Source of the DNA: Haliotis rubra
Lineage: Eukaryota
Length of the DNA stretch: 64,000 nt
Assembly: GCF_003918875.1 (NCBI RefSeq)
Contig: NW_025764892.1
Coordinates: 930,001-994,000 of the forward strand
Direction of reading: 5' to 3'
Under the pieces are notes generated by a model, which made no database searches, was not told the origin of the DNA, and saw only the letters and a list, made by a program, of their open reading frames with translations. A program made the translations under genes and the position numbers. Position 1 is the stretch's first letter. Every line of letters begins with the position of its first letter. Below are positions 39,355-51,332 of the stretch, one piece after another.

Positions 39355-39792
39355 ATATATTGGGGATGGACCCCCCATGTGTGTCCCTTGCGATGAGGTT
39401 TTCACCATCAAGCATATTCTGCTTGAATGCGTGGACTTATCGTCTGCAAGGGACTAACATTATGATGCAACAAGTCTGAAAGATCTGTTCTCCTGCGTGA
39501 GCGCTCATCTCATAGTGAACTACCTTAGGGAAGTTGATCTGTATCATAAACTGTAATTGTGAAATGTGACTATCATAAATTGTAACTGTGAAATGTCACT
39601 AACAAATTGCCTACCTTTAAATTTGGTGCTATGACTTTTTCTGCTTTTAAATGACAACGTAATGAATATATGTTTTGGAAATAAAACTCATTCCGAGTAT
39701 GTACTTACAATGTTTATTTATGCAAACTTGTTCTCGTCACTATATGGCTGGAATAATGCCGATGTGACGCAAAACCCATCTCAACAACTCAA
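39355..39792 (+). mobile_element. 3' fragment of a diverged sister I-group LINE
   Basis: Translates GDGPPMCVPCDEVFTIKHILLECVD...SLKDLF; related tail gccgatgtgacg followed by caactcaac. Confidence 0.8.
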
Positions 39793-39951
39793 CACGGAGT
39801 CTATACGTGGTTACATCTTGTGCAGAAAAGAATGTCATTTGAATAATATTTTCATTATTTTAACATAAACGGTATTTGTTTTTAAATTTAATACAGTAGT
39901 ATTACATGGTTTTAGATGATCGTGTTTAGACATAGCAAGTTTTCATTTTTC

Positions 39952-40103
39952 AGGTAAAATACCTTTATAACGAACTCCAAGGAACCACTGAAATTAGTTC
40001 GTTATATCCGTAGTTCGCTATTCACTTTTTTAAATGATAATACTACTATAAGGTTTAATCGGGACTTTTAAAACAGTTCGCTATAGCCGTCAGTTCGTTA
40101 TAT
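39952..40103. mobile_element. MITE fragment (pogo/Tigger-like, repeated gttcgttata / tataacgaac)
   Basis: Inverted and direct copies of a 10-bp subterminal motif. Confidence 0.5.
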
Positions 40104-40135
40104 GTAATTGTTTGAATACATTGGCTAGTACACGT

Positions 40136-40546
40136 CAATATAGAACAAACTTTGTGGATAAAAACTTCTTTTTATTCGTGAGTGCGACGTTTCGATACAG
40201 ATTCTTGTGAACATGAAGAAGGGGGAAGTATATATATACTGGATGCAACAATGTAACAAAGAAAACAACATAATTAACATAATTGGCTAGGCAGAAAGCT
40301 GATGAAGCCAGAGAGTAGACAAAGGACAGGCGTGGAAGCCAATGCTGTACAAATAATAATTAGATGTTTATACAGCAGAGTTTATACAGTAGATTGGGCT
40401 TGGTGAATGAGTGCATCTTCATGTTCCATTATGCTTGACAACGGTACAAGAATCTGTATCGAAACGTCGCACTCACGAATAAAAAGAAGTTGTTATCCAT
40501 AAAGTTTGTTCTATATTGTACTTCCCAACTTCTGAAATGCCACTCA
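40136..40546. mobile_element. Penelope-like element remnant with about 72-bp inverted arms around an about 235-bp spacer
   Basis: caatatagaacaaacttt...cgacgtttcgatacagattcttgt / acaagaatctgtatcgaaacgtcg...aaagtttgttctatattg; AATAAA follows the gaaacgtc motif. Confidence 0.65.
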
Positions 40547-41589
40547 AAGAAGTTAGTACACGTCAAACATGTATGGAATGCACGAAATGCATGACTGGTG
40601 TATAAACTCGATAACATTGTCATTGATAACGTTTTACAATACACAGAACGCTGTAACATGTTACACCGGCAACAGCCCAGCCATACTGCAAAGACATTAC
40701 TAAATACATATATGACACGGCAAAACAATTATATCTTCAGTGCAACGAACGTCAATGACAAACTGTCAATTTGACTCTAAAGAATGTTAATTACACCGTG
40801 ACGATTGTCTATTTCAAGTTATTAAAGGCCACGATGTATCATGCTGACTCAGCAAGTGTTCCACCTAAACACAGGATCAGTGTCGCTATCAGAGCGGGGA
40901 TAATCTATTGCCTGTAACTTATGTTTAGTCCCCAATCAACTGTGTTCCTCTCTGATCGAGAATGTACAATCAAGGACATTGGAAGTCAATTTTCGTATGT
41001 CAGCATTTATGATCCTCTGAGTCATACGATACAATCATGCTTGACTGCATCAAACAATGCAAGTCGGTTTCACACGCTCTGTATCAGATATCTTTTGTGC
41101 AATCGAATGAAGAAATATCGTTTATGAGCATGTAATTGCTTTCTATTTCCGTCATATATATACATCCGTGCCTGAAATATGTACACCATTTACTCAGATA
41201 CCTTTTATATACGCATATTGTATTGAGTATTGAAGTGTTTGTCAAGGCATGTGATACTGACAATTAAACGTATCTTAAACAATCTCTATCGTCTATGCTC
41301 AAAGCATCTCTTTGATAATAGTGTCTGCACTTTAATGCCACCAGTTACTGGTAAACACAGGTTCGACTTCAGTTAAAGTTTTTATATATATATTTCGTCG
41401 TATCTTATAGAATCTTTTACAATAGTATAGCATCTTAGTATAGTATCTCATTAATGTGTGCATCTTTCCATGAGGTACCATACAAGCGAAGGCAGCCGTT
41501 TTTCTAAGCTTGCCGGAAGTTTATTCTTTCGTTTGTTCGTTACAAGCATCGATTCATGTAATTCGGGTTCCATGGACACAATCAGGGAC

Positions 41590-41782
41590 TGAGCAAATGG
41601 GTTTAGTTTTACGCCGCACTCTGGAAGATGTAAGCTATGTGGCAGAGGTCTGTAAATAATAGAGTCTGGACCAGACAATCCAGTCATCCACAGCATGAGC
41701 ATCGATCTACGCAATTGGTAACGGATGACAATCAACTAAGTCATTCAGCTTGACCACATTGGTTACCTCTCATGACCAGCCT
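41590..41782 (-). mobile_element. SINE family B, degenerate
   Basis: Reverse-complement match (gtctggaccagacaatccag, agcatcgatctacgcaattgg). Confidence 0.8.
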
Positions 41783-42027
41783 ATGATGCAATGGTCCCGT
41801 ATTCTGAATCAAAATCCTTACCGATGAGCGCGGGATGAAGTGTAATTTTTGCGTTCATATCATGGCATTATTGCCATCACGCTTGCGGGGGTCAGCACTT
41901 CTGATTATGACTGCATACAACAGACTTTACTCGCCAATGATATATATTGATTTGAAATAAAGCAATAGTGGCCACAACTATTATCTGTACTCCTTCTTAC
42001 ATATCGTGCTTAAGTGGATACATGTAG

Positions 42028-42194
42028 AGTGAGTGAGCACGGTTTTACGCTACTTTTAGAAATATTCAGCAACGTTACGGCGAGGGACACCAGAAACGGG
42101 CTTCGCACATTGTACCCATGTGGGGAATCGAACCAAGAACCGGTCTTGAGCGTGTCGAGCGAACGCTTTAACCACTAGGCTACTCCACCGCCCA
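42028..42194 (-). mobile_element. SINE family A
   Basis: Reverse-complement match to the consensus. Confidence 0.88.
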
Positions 42195-42439
42195 GGGTAA
42201 ATGTGAAGATATTTTGAAACATAATGAAACATGAGTATAATTCTGTGTTGCTTGAGAAATAGCAATATACCATCATACAATGGCGATTTTCTCCTCAACT
42301 GTTCTTTACGCCTTGCCACCTTATGGGTTATCCACTGCAGGCATTCAGCGTGACATATTTTAATGACTAAGCTGCCTCAGCCCCCTCTGTGATACTAACC
42401 AGTTACATATATTCATTTTTTTTCGTTGCAGCTTTATCT

Positions 42440-43624
42440 ATGGAGGTGCTTGTGCTCGGTATACTCCTCGGTGTGGTAGCTCTGGCTCTCATTGTATTGT
42501 TAAGGAGGAAATCAAGCGCACAGAGAGAGGACCAGGTAAACAGGCCCTACAGTGTTGTTCCGGTTCACTGAAGGCCAAGAATGCCAATACATTAATCGAC
42601 TTAGTCAAGAGTATATCTGGTAACAGAGTTTGGTAACAGCCTTACTGGTAACATTTGTTGAAGAGGATTCAGTATACAATCTAAACCCAAGCAATATTCT
42701 GACCATGTGTTGACACTAATAGCTCACTGCATGTATAAGGATTTTGTGATCAACCGTAGTCTGTCTCACAGTCCCTGAACCGCATTATTGTCTCTTGTGC
42801 CCAGCCAATTCTACAGTGCTAAAGCAGTAAATGGAGCAAGTCTATATTTCCCCAGGATAAGGAATCTTCCATCTCACTGGGGCTCCTTTTCAATTTAAAA
42901 GGAATTGTTTGTTTAAGAGACTAAGCGCCAGCCTAGATCAACTGCTATGTGGGTACTGGATGCTGACAATGATTTGAGGGATGATTATTTGTCTTGGTCT
43001 ATTTCAAATTTGATTTGGTTACATTTTTCACGACGACGTGTCCTCTTGAGTTCCTCAAATTGAAATGATACCCCGTTCGTCTTGTCTTTTAATAAATATT
43101 CCTAAATTATTCGTCCATCTTCAGGGAATGTTCAGGACATTCTTTGAAGCATGTACTGTATGCATAAGGGCCGTGTCATAAAAATAGCTCAAGGTTTACT
43201 CAAGAAGTCTTTGGACTTTGAACATGAATGACAATCTTGTTAGTTCAATGATTGGATATTATTGAACGAGACTTATTAGTTCACAGGGTTACTAGTCCTT
43301 GTCATTTGTGTTACCATTAACTTGTGGTTAAGGTTATATTTTATATAATAGTGGTCATATTTCAGATATAGACAAATACATTCTTGCAGTAAGATATGTT
43401 TCAGTCCATCTACTTTCATATGATTACTTGCAGTGTAAGCAGATGCGTTTAAACTTTTGTTCTAGGATGTACAATCACCCAAGAGACAAGGTTCCGTCGA
43501 GGTAAAGAAAGGATCAGTTTCGGAGATGGCCAAAGCGTTTGACCGAGCCAGTGGGGGCAGCTCTCCGATCATTACTGGCCGACAACAGGTCAAGCAGCGG
43601 ATCAGGGACGAGGTCTTTGAATGA
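42440..43624 (+). CDS. Uncharacterised 84-aa single-pass membrane microprotein, paralog A
   Basis: Exons 42440-42535 and 43466-43624 (phase 0, GT-AG): MEVLVLGILLGVVALALIVLLRRKSSAQREDQDVQSPKRQGSVEVKKGSVSEMAKAFDRASGGSSPIITGRQQVKQRIRDEVFE. Acceptor 8 nt upstream of the ATG; AATAAA at 43697; paralog at 51333. Confidence 0.85.
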
Positions 43625-43862
43625 ACATCCTGCATTTAGCTCAGTTAGTGTAAGCGTATGAATTCCAATTCCATCGTGTATGACTGCCGCAGCTTGAATA
43701 AATGTATATTTTGTATTTATTCCTTTTCAGTTTATCTTTAGAGAGTTCAGGAAATGGATATTTATATACAGACCCAATGATCGGACACCGCACATGAAAT
43801 GCAAACACAAAGCTATGAGCCTCCGTGTCTTAACGTGTCTTTAAGCAGAGTCAAGCCTGGTT

Positions 43863-45542
43863 TGAGTGAGTGAGTGTGTGAGTTTAGTTCTACGCCACCT
43901 TTAGCCATATAACAGCAAAATCACGGTTGAGAACACCACAAATGGGCTTTATATACTCGGCAGCAAAAAAATCCGTCAGTACGAATTCAAAATTAGATAA
44001 GCACTGTAATCAAATCATTACAGAAATGGACACAATAAGCGGATCAAAAAAATTTTTGTGTACAATATCCTGACACATCAATGAATAACTCAGCAATTTC
44101 AAGACATTACGTGAACGTTTGCAGTCCATTCCGACCCTTGACTTCAGTATCTAGTGTGACCACCACGAGCGGCAATAACTGCAACACAGCGTCTATGCAT
44201 GGAGTGCACCAATCGATTGATGAAAGCCATTGGCACATGGAACCACACTCTGAGAAAGGCCTGGGGCAATAAATCGGCTGTGTTCGGCCTTGGTATGACA
44301 TTATTCAGTCTCCTCTGAATTTCATCCCAAAGATATTCAATTGGGTTTAAATCAGGACTAAGGGCTGACCACTGCATAATGTTGACACCGTTCTGCTGTA
44401 GGAAGTCCCGTGTAGCTCTGGCAGTATGGGCCCGGGCGTTATCATGCTGGAAAATGTTATTCCGGTGACGTGCGAAATGTGGTATGACATGGGGTCTGAG
44501 AGCTTGGTCGATTTAGCCCACCGCTGTGATACAGCCTCCTCTCCCTGGACCAAGGTTCTGGAACACCACAGGACCCACTCTCTGGTTCAGGCCTATTCAA
44601 CCCAATGATGCTTGCACCTCCCCATGAGTCTTTTTCCATAACACTTTGGTCTGAGTAACGCTGGCCACGTCGTCGCTTTATTCTTGTTCTGCCATCTGCA
44701 GTTGATACGCAGTACCGACTCTCATCTGTGAACAGAACAGTTCTCCATTGCCTGTATCGCCAGTTTTGGTGTTGTAGGGCAAACTGTAGACGTTCACGCC
44801 GATGACGAGGAGCGAGGATATGTCCACGGTCAGGTCTACGGCAAGGGAGGTTCCCGCTGTTAAGACGTCGGCGTACTGTATCAGTACTGATTGGTCTTCC
44901 GTGCGTTCCCACTGTCTGGCGTGCTGTTTCGGATGCCTGCATGAAGGGATTCTGTACATGCTGTCGCACAACATGGCGGTCTTGTCGTCTTGTGGTCCCC
45001 CTTGGTCTGCCAGTACGGGTGCGATCATTTGTGGTGTTAGTGGCCCGGAAACGTTGCTGCAGCCTGTAGATGGTCTGAACGTTGACCTTGAAGTTATTGG
45101 CAATGGCTTGTGCAGTGTGGCCAGCTTCAAGTCTTCCTAGCGCCTGGTTCCTCTGAGCTGTCGTGAGAAGGGGCATCCTGCTGACGTTGTAATGTGAATT
45201 TTTCAACCAGGTTTGGGGGTGCATTTTATAGGGCTGGTCCTTGTGAACAGCACGTGCAGCATGAGTTGCATGAAAAACATGGAGAACACCGTACCATCTC
45301 CGAGATCAGGTTGCGTTTTTGAGACCATTTCCTGGGTTCCATTCTGAGTTTGGGAAGGAATGTCTTTGCGCAGGTAAAGTTGGAGATGTTGTCAAAATTA
45401 TACAATCAAGACATGAAATGAGTTTACAGTTATCCGTTTCTGCGAAGGAAAATTCCAAACAGACGTTTCTTTTGCGGCTCAGTATATATTGTACTCATGT
45501 GTAAAATCGAACGCTTCAACCACCAGGCTACCCAACCGTCCC
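43863..45542 (-). mobile_element. SINE family A copy split by a Tc1 insertion
   Basis: Tail half at 43863-43951, head half at 45487-45542. Confidence 0.75.
43954..45484 (-). mobile_element. Second Tc1-family transposon, full length, frameshifted
   Basis: Imperfect TIRs tactcggcagcaaaaaaatccgtc / gacgtttcttttgcggctcagta with TA flanks. Transposase 45176 to 44144 has TGRPR, FTDESRY, HDNARAH, SPDLNPIE and GGHTRY spread over several frames. Confidence 0.93.
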
Positions 45543-46076
45543 AAACCAGATTTATTTTGGGTTCGAAGTCATTCGCCGCTTTCCACCTTGTAGGGTGAAT
45601 AGGTCAATGAATGCTTATTTGTTACCTCTAAGAACCGATTGACCTGCAGAAAGAAAGGTTCGGGTTAAACGACTAATTGAAAAGTGCTAGTAAACTGATG
45701 TACTAAAGAAACTACACACTCGGTGCTTTAAGGTTATTTCCCCCAAATCGGCGTAAATATTTTGACAGGTGTTTTGATTGTGACTTACAATCACAAACAC
45801 TGTGTACGACCACAGATATCGTACCCAAATACAATGTTGCCAGGGTCTTAAGTTCACGCCAAACGTAGACGATTCATCGCATACCCCGAAATGGACGATA
45901 TGCCCGGATGCAGCCAAAACACACAATCTGTCACAATCTGTGTTCCTGCTGAAACTCAACGCTATTGATGCTGATGACGTCACTGTGAAGCATCCGGTTG
46001 TGCAAATGGAGAAAGCTCAAATGATGGTCATCTTGTTGGGTGGTCACTCTCGGTCCTCCAGCTCAGAGACTGTCAG

Positions 46077-46246
46077 GGGCGGTGGAGTAGCCTAGTGGTT
46101 TAAGCGTTCGCTCGTCACGCCGAAGACCCGGGTTCTAATGCCCACATGGGTACAATGTGTGAAGCCCATTTCTGGTGTCCCCCGCCGTGATGTTGCTGGA
46201 ATATTGCTAAAAGCGGCGTAAAACCAAACTCAGTCAGTCAGTCAGG
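46077..46246 (+). mobile_element. SINE family A, full length, (CAGT)n tail
   Basis: TSD gactgtcag. Confidence 0.92.
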
Positions 46247-47439
46247 GACTGTCAGTTGTTTGGCCCGTCTGGTTGACCTGTCTCATTAGTCGGCCCTGTA
46301 CAGCCATACGTTCTGGCAATATGACTGTTCAAAGCCCCATCCTGCGACACTCCAGTGGCTCGTCCTGGCTCCGCTGCTGATAATCTTGGCGTATATATAT
46401 GTACCTTTAACAAGTTTGTCACTAACTAATTTATCTTAATCGACTGTGTTTTACACTGATGGCGCGTAACATGAACATGCAATTCAACAAAATCATGATT
46501 TTCATGATATCCCATGCGAAACACTTTTGTAAAAGATATATAAAACAATAATGTTTGTGACTTGTCAGTCATACTTTCAAAATATATTCGTCGTTTACAG
46601 AAAAATAATCTTAAACCACCAGGTGTATATTTTATCTGGTACGTCAGATTAACAGCTTGCCGACCATCTACCAGCCCCACCCACACAAGGCAGCCATTCA
46701 CAACACAAGTATATATATACTCCAAAGTATACCCGTACCCTTGTCTATGAATACATTGCAAACAGATGGGTGTACGCAAAACACCAGGCGTGAACTGTCC
46801 TTGTTATGTCAGTTTGTTTCATCAGTAACAGAAAGTTTGGATTCCACTCGATGACTATCGGATCCTGCCACGTGTACGGACAAGAAATCTATTCCCTATT
46901 TGCTATTCACTAGGAAAATATTTTAGAAAAACTGAATGGACTGGAATGGGAAATGAGCATGTTGGAGATATTATATTCCACACATACTGTCGAAGGTTCG
47001 ACGAAAGAAGAAACACCCTGTCGGTTTTCCAATGTACAAAATCAACTGGCCTTAATTATTTCATCGTTTATGTAAGTTAAACTAAATCAAGCAAAAACTC
47101 CATATCCTACTTTTACGAGATCATAATCCAAGCTGTGGATCCAATCCTCCTTTATCTTTCCTTCACAAAACATTCTACAGTATTGTCCATGTTATATAAA
47201 AACATGGGATAGTGCTAACATACGTTTGTCTTTCTTCATGATGATATACTTTTGGGGGGATTACAAATGAATGAATTCATCACTTGCAGAATTACTTTGG
47301 AGGTATCTATCAAAACATAAAGTATGGGTTTGTATCCTAAATTGAACATATGATTTAGACGTTTATTATTGAGTGGGATATCGATGATTTATTTAGCATT
47401 CCTGTAATTGTCCGTGAGACAAGCGTTCCATGATTATAG

Positions 47440-47673
47440 GTGTTTGTTTGTTGTTTAACGCTGCATTCAGCAATATTCCAGCTATATGACGGCGGCCTGT
47501 AAATAATCGAGTCTGGACCAGACAATCCAGTGATTGACATCATGAGCATCGATCCACGCACTTGGGATACGATGACATGCTTTTACAGGAGCCTGACTAC
47601 CGTATCCCGTTAATTGACTCTTACGACAAGCATGGGTTGCTGAAGACAATTCGAACCAGGATATTTACGGGTA
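47440..47673 (-). mobile_element. SINE family B with (CAAA)n-type tail
   Basis: Reverse-complement match to the 9880 copy. Confidence 0.88.
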
Positions 47674-47846
47674 TGTTTCACCTTTAAGAGGTAAAAAATA
47701 TATATGAACAATTTGAACCAGTACAGTTAAATATTATCACCTGGTAGTCAATATCGTAAAAGTTATATGATGGAGTTACGTGGGATAATATGCGATGTTA
47801 CTTTTGAATCTGTTCGCACATAGGGTTAGCGTTAGGTTAGGAGCTA

Positions 47847-47868
47847 ATATATATATATATATATATAT
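47847..47868. repeat. (AT)n microsatellite
   Basis: Read directly from the sequence. Confidence 0.9.
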
Positions 47869-48302
47869 GGGTTCCAAATATACCACAGCGACAAAGGTAG
47901 CGTTTCGTTGATCAGACCAGGAAACCCTGAATATCGAGCTGCTACGGAAAGTAAACAGCTCTATATCGTGGCAAACCGAAGGAAAATATGAACGTGTTTA
48001 CAACAATGTACTAGAGTTAAATCTGAATGTTTGAAATAACTTGACATTTCACATACTCTGAATATCGATCGTCACTTAAGTTATTCATTAAATACTATGC
48101 GTAAGGCAGTTCCGGATCACTAACGAAACAACGACTGCATGCGCCTTCGCGAAAAGATGTCTTAAGCGCCTAAGGACAATTTCTGTATTAGCAATGTTTC
48201 ATGTTACTCACGTCAAAATATGAAATCGATACGATCCTGACTTATTCGAGAAAACTAGCTAAAGAAACACTGCGCCAAACTACGGCAGTTGCGAATCATT
48301 TC

Positions 48303-50665
48303 AGGGTATTCCAGATCACGTGACAAAACGAGGCAGTGTTTGGTTATTGATGCACGTTTGGGGCATCAAGGGGCTGTGTCAAAAAGTAACGCGTGTTTAA
48401 TTGAACAGATGCATGAACAATATTTATAATGGTGTCTCATTTACGAATAACAAACATTTCAGTAGATAACATCATCTGCTAGGTAGATATAGCTGTAACA
48501 CTTGGTGCTCATAACAACACACACCTATTCCAGTATCAGGATTCCAGGTACCATCGTGAGCTGAAAAATATTCTCTTGTGGTTTATACATACGTGGTTTA
48601 AGGTACTCATCTCTTCTATATCGAAATTTAGTCATATTCATACTACGGGGTCTTGCTGTTTGTGGCTGATGAATTAGGTGAAATTCACTAGACGCTGATC
48701 TGTTGTGAACCTAATGTACTATTTTAATATTTTGACGTGACTTTGACATGCGACTTTGACTTGTAAATTAGAACTGTCAACACAAAATAATCCATTTTTC
48801 ACGAACTTTAACGCTTTTATTCAGTCAATATAAGACATTTATCATCATCAGTCACTGAAAGTAAAGCTAACGAAAATAATAAATTAATACTAACATATTT
48901 GAACTCTGTATGTGTGTGTATCTTCATATGTCCAAAAGAGAAACAAACTAGTGTCTATTCCAGCCTCATTGATTCCACCTCTGGCATAAGTAACAGGGCA
49001 TTCTTAATTGTCACAAAAGCCATGTCTCTGTTGCCGTGGTTAATCACGCAATGACAAGGTATGACCACGCCTCCTCCTTTCTCTGCTGGTGCAGGCCAAG
49101 GGGGGAAACTTGGAACAGGTTCTCCAGCTGCTCAGCGAACACACTGCCACCCACATCAAGAATTCGCCTGAATGACCCTCAAGACCTCTTGTCACATGAC
49201 CAATGGGTAGACCAGCTACATCCTTAAGTACAAGATTACGCTTCACATCTGTAACCAAATTATGCAAAATTATATCAAAGGATGTAGCGGCACTAGCAGA
49301 GAGTTCCAGTCCAGATATGTCCGCAGTGGTTGAGGTTGCATCACGGATACTGGTAGTCTTCATGCATGACTTATCATAAAGTTTCTCGTAAGTGTCAAAA
49401 CATGGAGACAGCCCAACTACATCATATCCCTTGTGGATACGTTTCTGGTACTTCTCTCTTACTGGTGTTGACAAAGCATCTTCCAGAGATGTTAAGGTCA
49501 TAGCAGCACCTGTGTTCTCACCCGAGATGCTGTGTGTTTGGGTAAAACTAGGTACTGCCGTTCCCTGTAATAGATCTCCAAACTCCAAACGTTAGCCCAT
49601 CTCAGTATTTACTCATGGAGACTTAAAAAGGTTTGGTTGCTGATTTACCTTTCAGCCATTAAAAATTAGAGGTAAGCCCTTTACCCACAACGAACATTAT
49701 ATTTATGAACGTAAATTACGACTTCACCAATACGTATCATATAGATAAATACATCATGTTTAAAATGTGACTATTCTAAAATCAAATACTGGTCAATATG
49801 TCACTGACTATTCAAGTAAACAATTGCGAAAGTTTTCATTCTTTCCTGTTGAACGCTCAAATAATTATTTTTTGAATTGTAAAAATGATGCTAGTTTAGT
49901 GGCTGTTGCACATTGAACTATACTGTATCTGTACTGTATATGTATCTGTACCTCTGTTTGTACGATACAAGTTTACATGAAGTTATTAAAACAAAAGAAT
50001 TATATGAGTTGGAAAGAACAATCTTTTCAACCTCTAAGCTTGTCAAGTTAGTTATTTCCAGTATTGATAACCCTTTACCTGGCATACTCTTCTGTACAGC
50101 AAATTACAAAACAGATTAAATGAAGATGAACAAGTTTTACGTATCTACTTTGTGCAAATCACGTCCTCCACAGACCCAAAAGTAAGTATATGTTTTAAAT
50201 AAAGGGAACCGACGTAACATCGTAAAATATTTACTTTATTTCAACAGTTATTAATAGTTTTCGGCAGTTGAAAGTTTTGAGATGATCCCTATATTCTGGC
50301 TATCCGGAACTGACTTAACCACGTGGTCCCATAAATTGCTTATTTCTCCAAAAATATGGCAGATGTAAAAAAAAAAAGGTGAAATGTATATGCATGCAAT
50401 GGATTGCTAACATTTAGCAAGTTGATTCTATTGTTGTTTCACACGGGCCGTCCCGAATGAGTTTTCCTGATGTGCCAACGACAGATGACGCGATGATTGG
50501 TGTCCTCGTTACAGGGCGCGCAAGTACACTTCTGGTTCAGATCAAGTGAAACAAAATATATCATCTTAAAATAACACATTGAGTGTAGAAATCCATCGAG
50601 GTTTACAGTTTCTAGGTGTTAATGTGTGTGGAAGTGATCCGGATTACCCGTGATCCGGAATACCC
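48303..50665 (-). mobile_element. Decayed DNA transposon, probably pogo/DDE_1-like (C-terminal remnant only)
   Basis: Inverted pair gggtattccagatcacg (48303) / cgtgatccggaataccc (ends 50665), with related motifs at 48102 and 50298. ORF 49040-49588 contains LEDALSTPVREKYQKRIHKGYDV, recalled as typical of invertebrate pogo-like transposase C-termini. Confidence 0.45.
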
Positions 50666-51332
50666 TTACCCACTGTACATGTAGATGGCTTGATGATGTT
50701 ACCCACTTACTCAAGAAATCGCTCACGAGATGATCAAAGGGAGATCACTCTCATTTGCATTATTAAGGTCAAGACCATTGCAGGTTTGGACGGCCATGTT
50801 GTTTCTACATTGTATGTTTAATATGGTAATAACTCGATTGTTGTATGTTGGCCTTTGCAAAACGAAACCTCAACAAAACAAAATGTACCGTAGATAATGC
50901 ATGTCGATGTCACAATATGGCAAATGAGTTTAAATCACTAAATCTAATCGTACTCGTTGTTTTGGTCTATTCTTCTATTTAATTCCAATATACCATAGAA
51001 ATTATCATTAGAAAGCTAAGCGTGTATTTTCCACGGTTCTATCACGTATCAAAAGCGTGATCTAAGGAGACTTTACTGTTTTCAATGTAGCGGTTTCGAA
51101 AGAAGATTCGATACCTGCAAATTAACATTCGAAACCAGATGGAAATCTGGAATTTTACTCTATTTTGACCAATCCATGACAAGCGTACTTGTCTGTCTTA
51201 TGATGTAGCTTATACGAAGCGGATCCTAACCATTATGTCGTGTACAACAGATCATGCCTCAACACATTAAATACTTTATACTACCAGATTGTACTGGTTT
51301 GAAAAGGTATCATGAATATTTCAGCTTCACCT

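Noticed and set aside
47822-47842. Telomere-like gggttagcgttaggttagg
   Set aside because: Only about three degenerate units; too short to call interstitial telomeric sequence.
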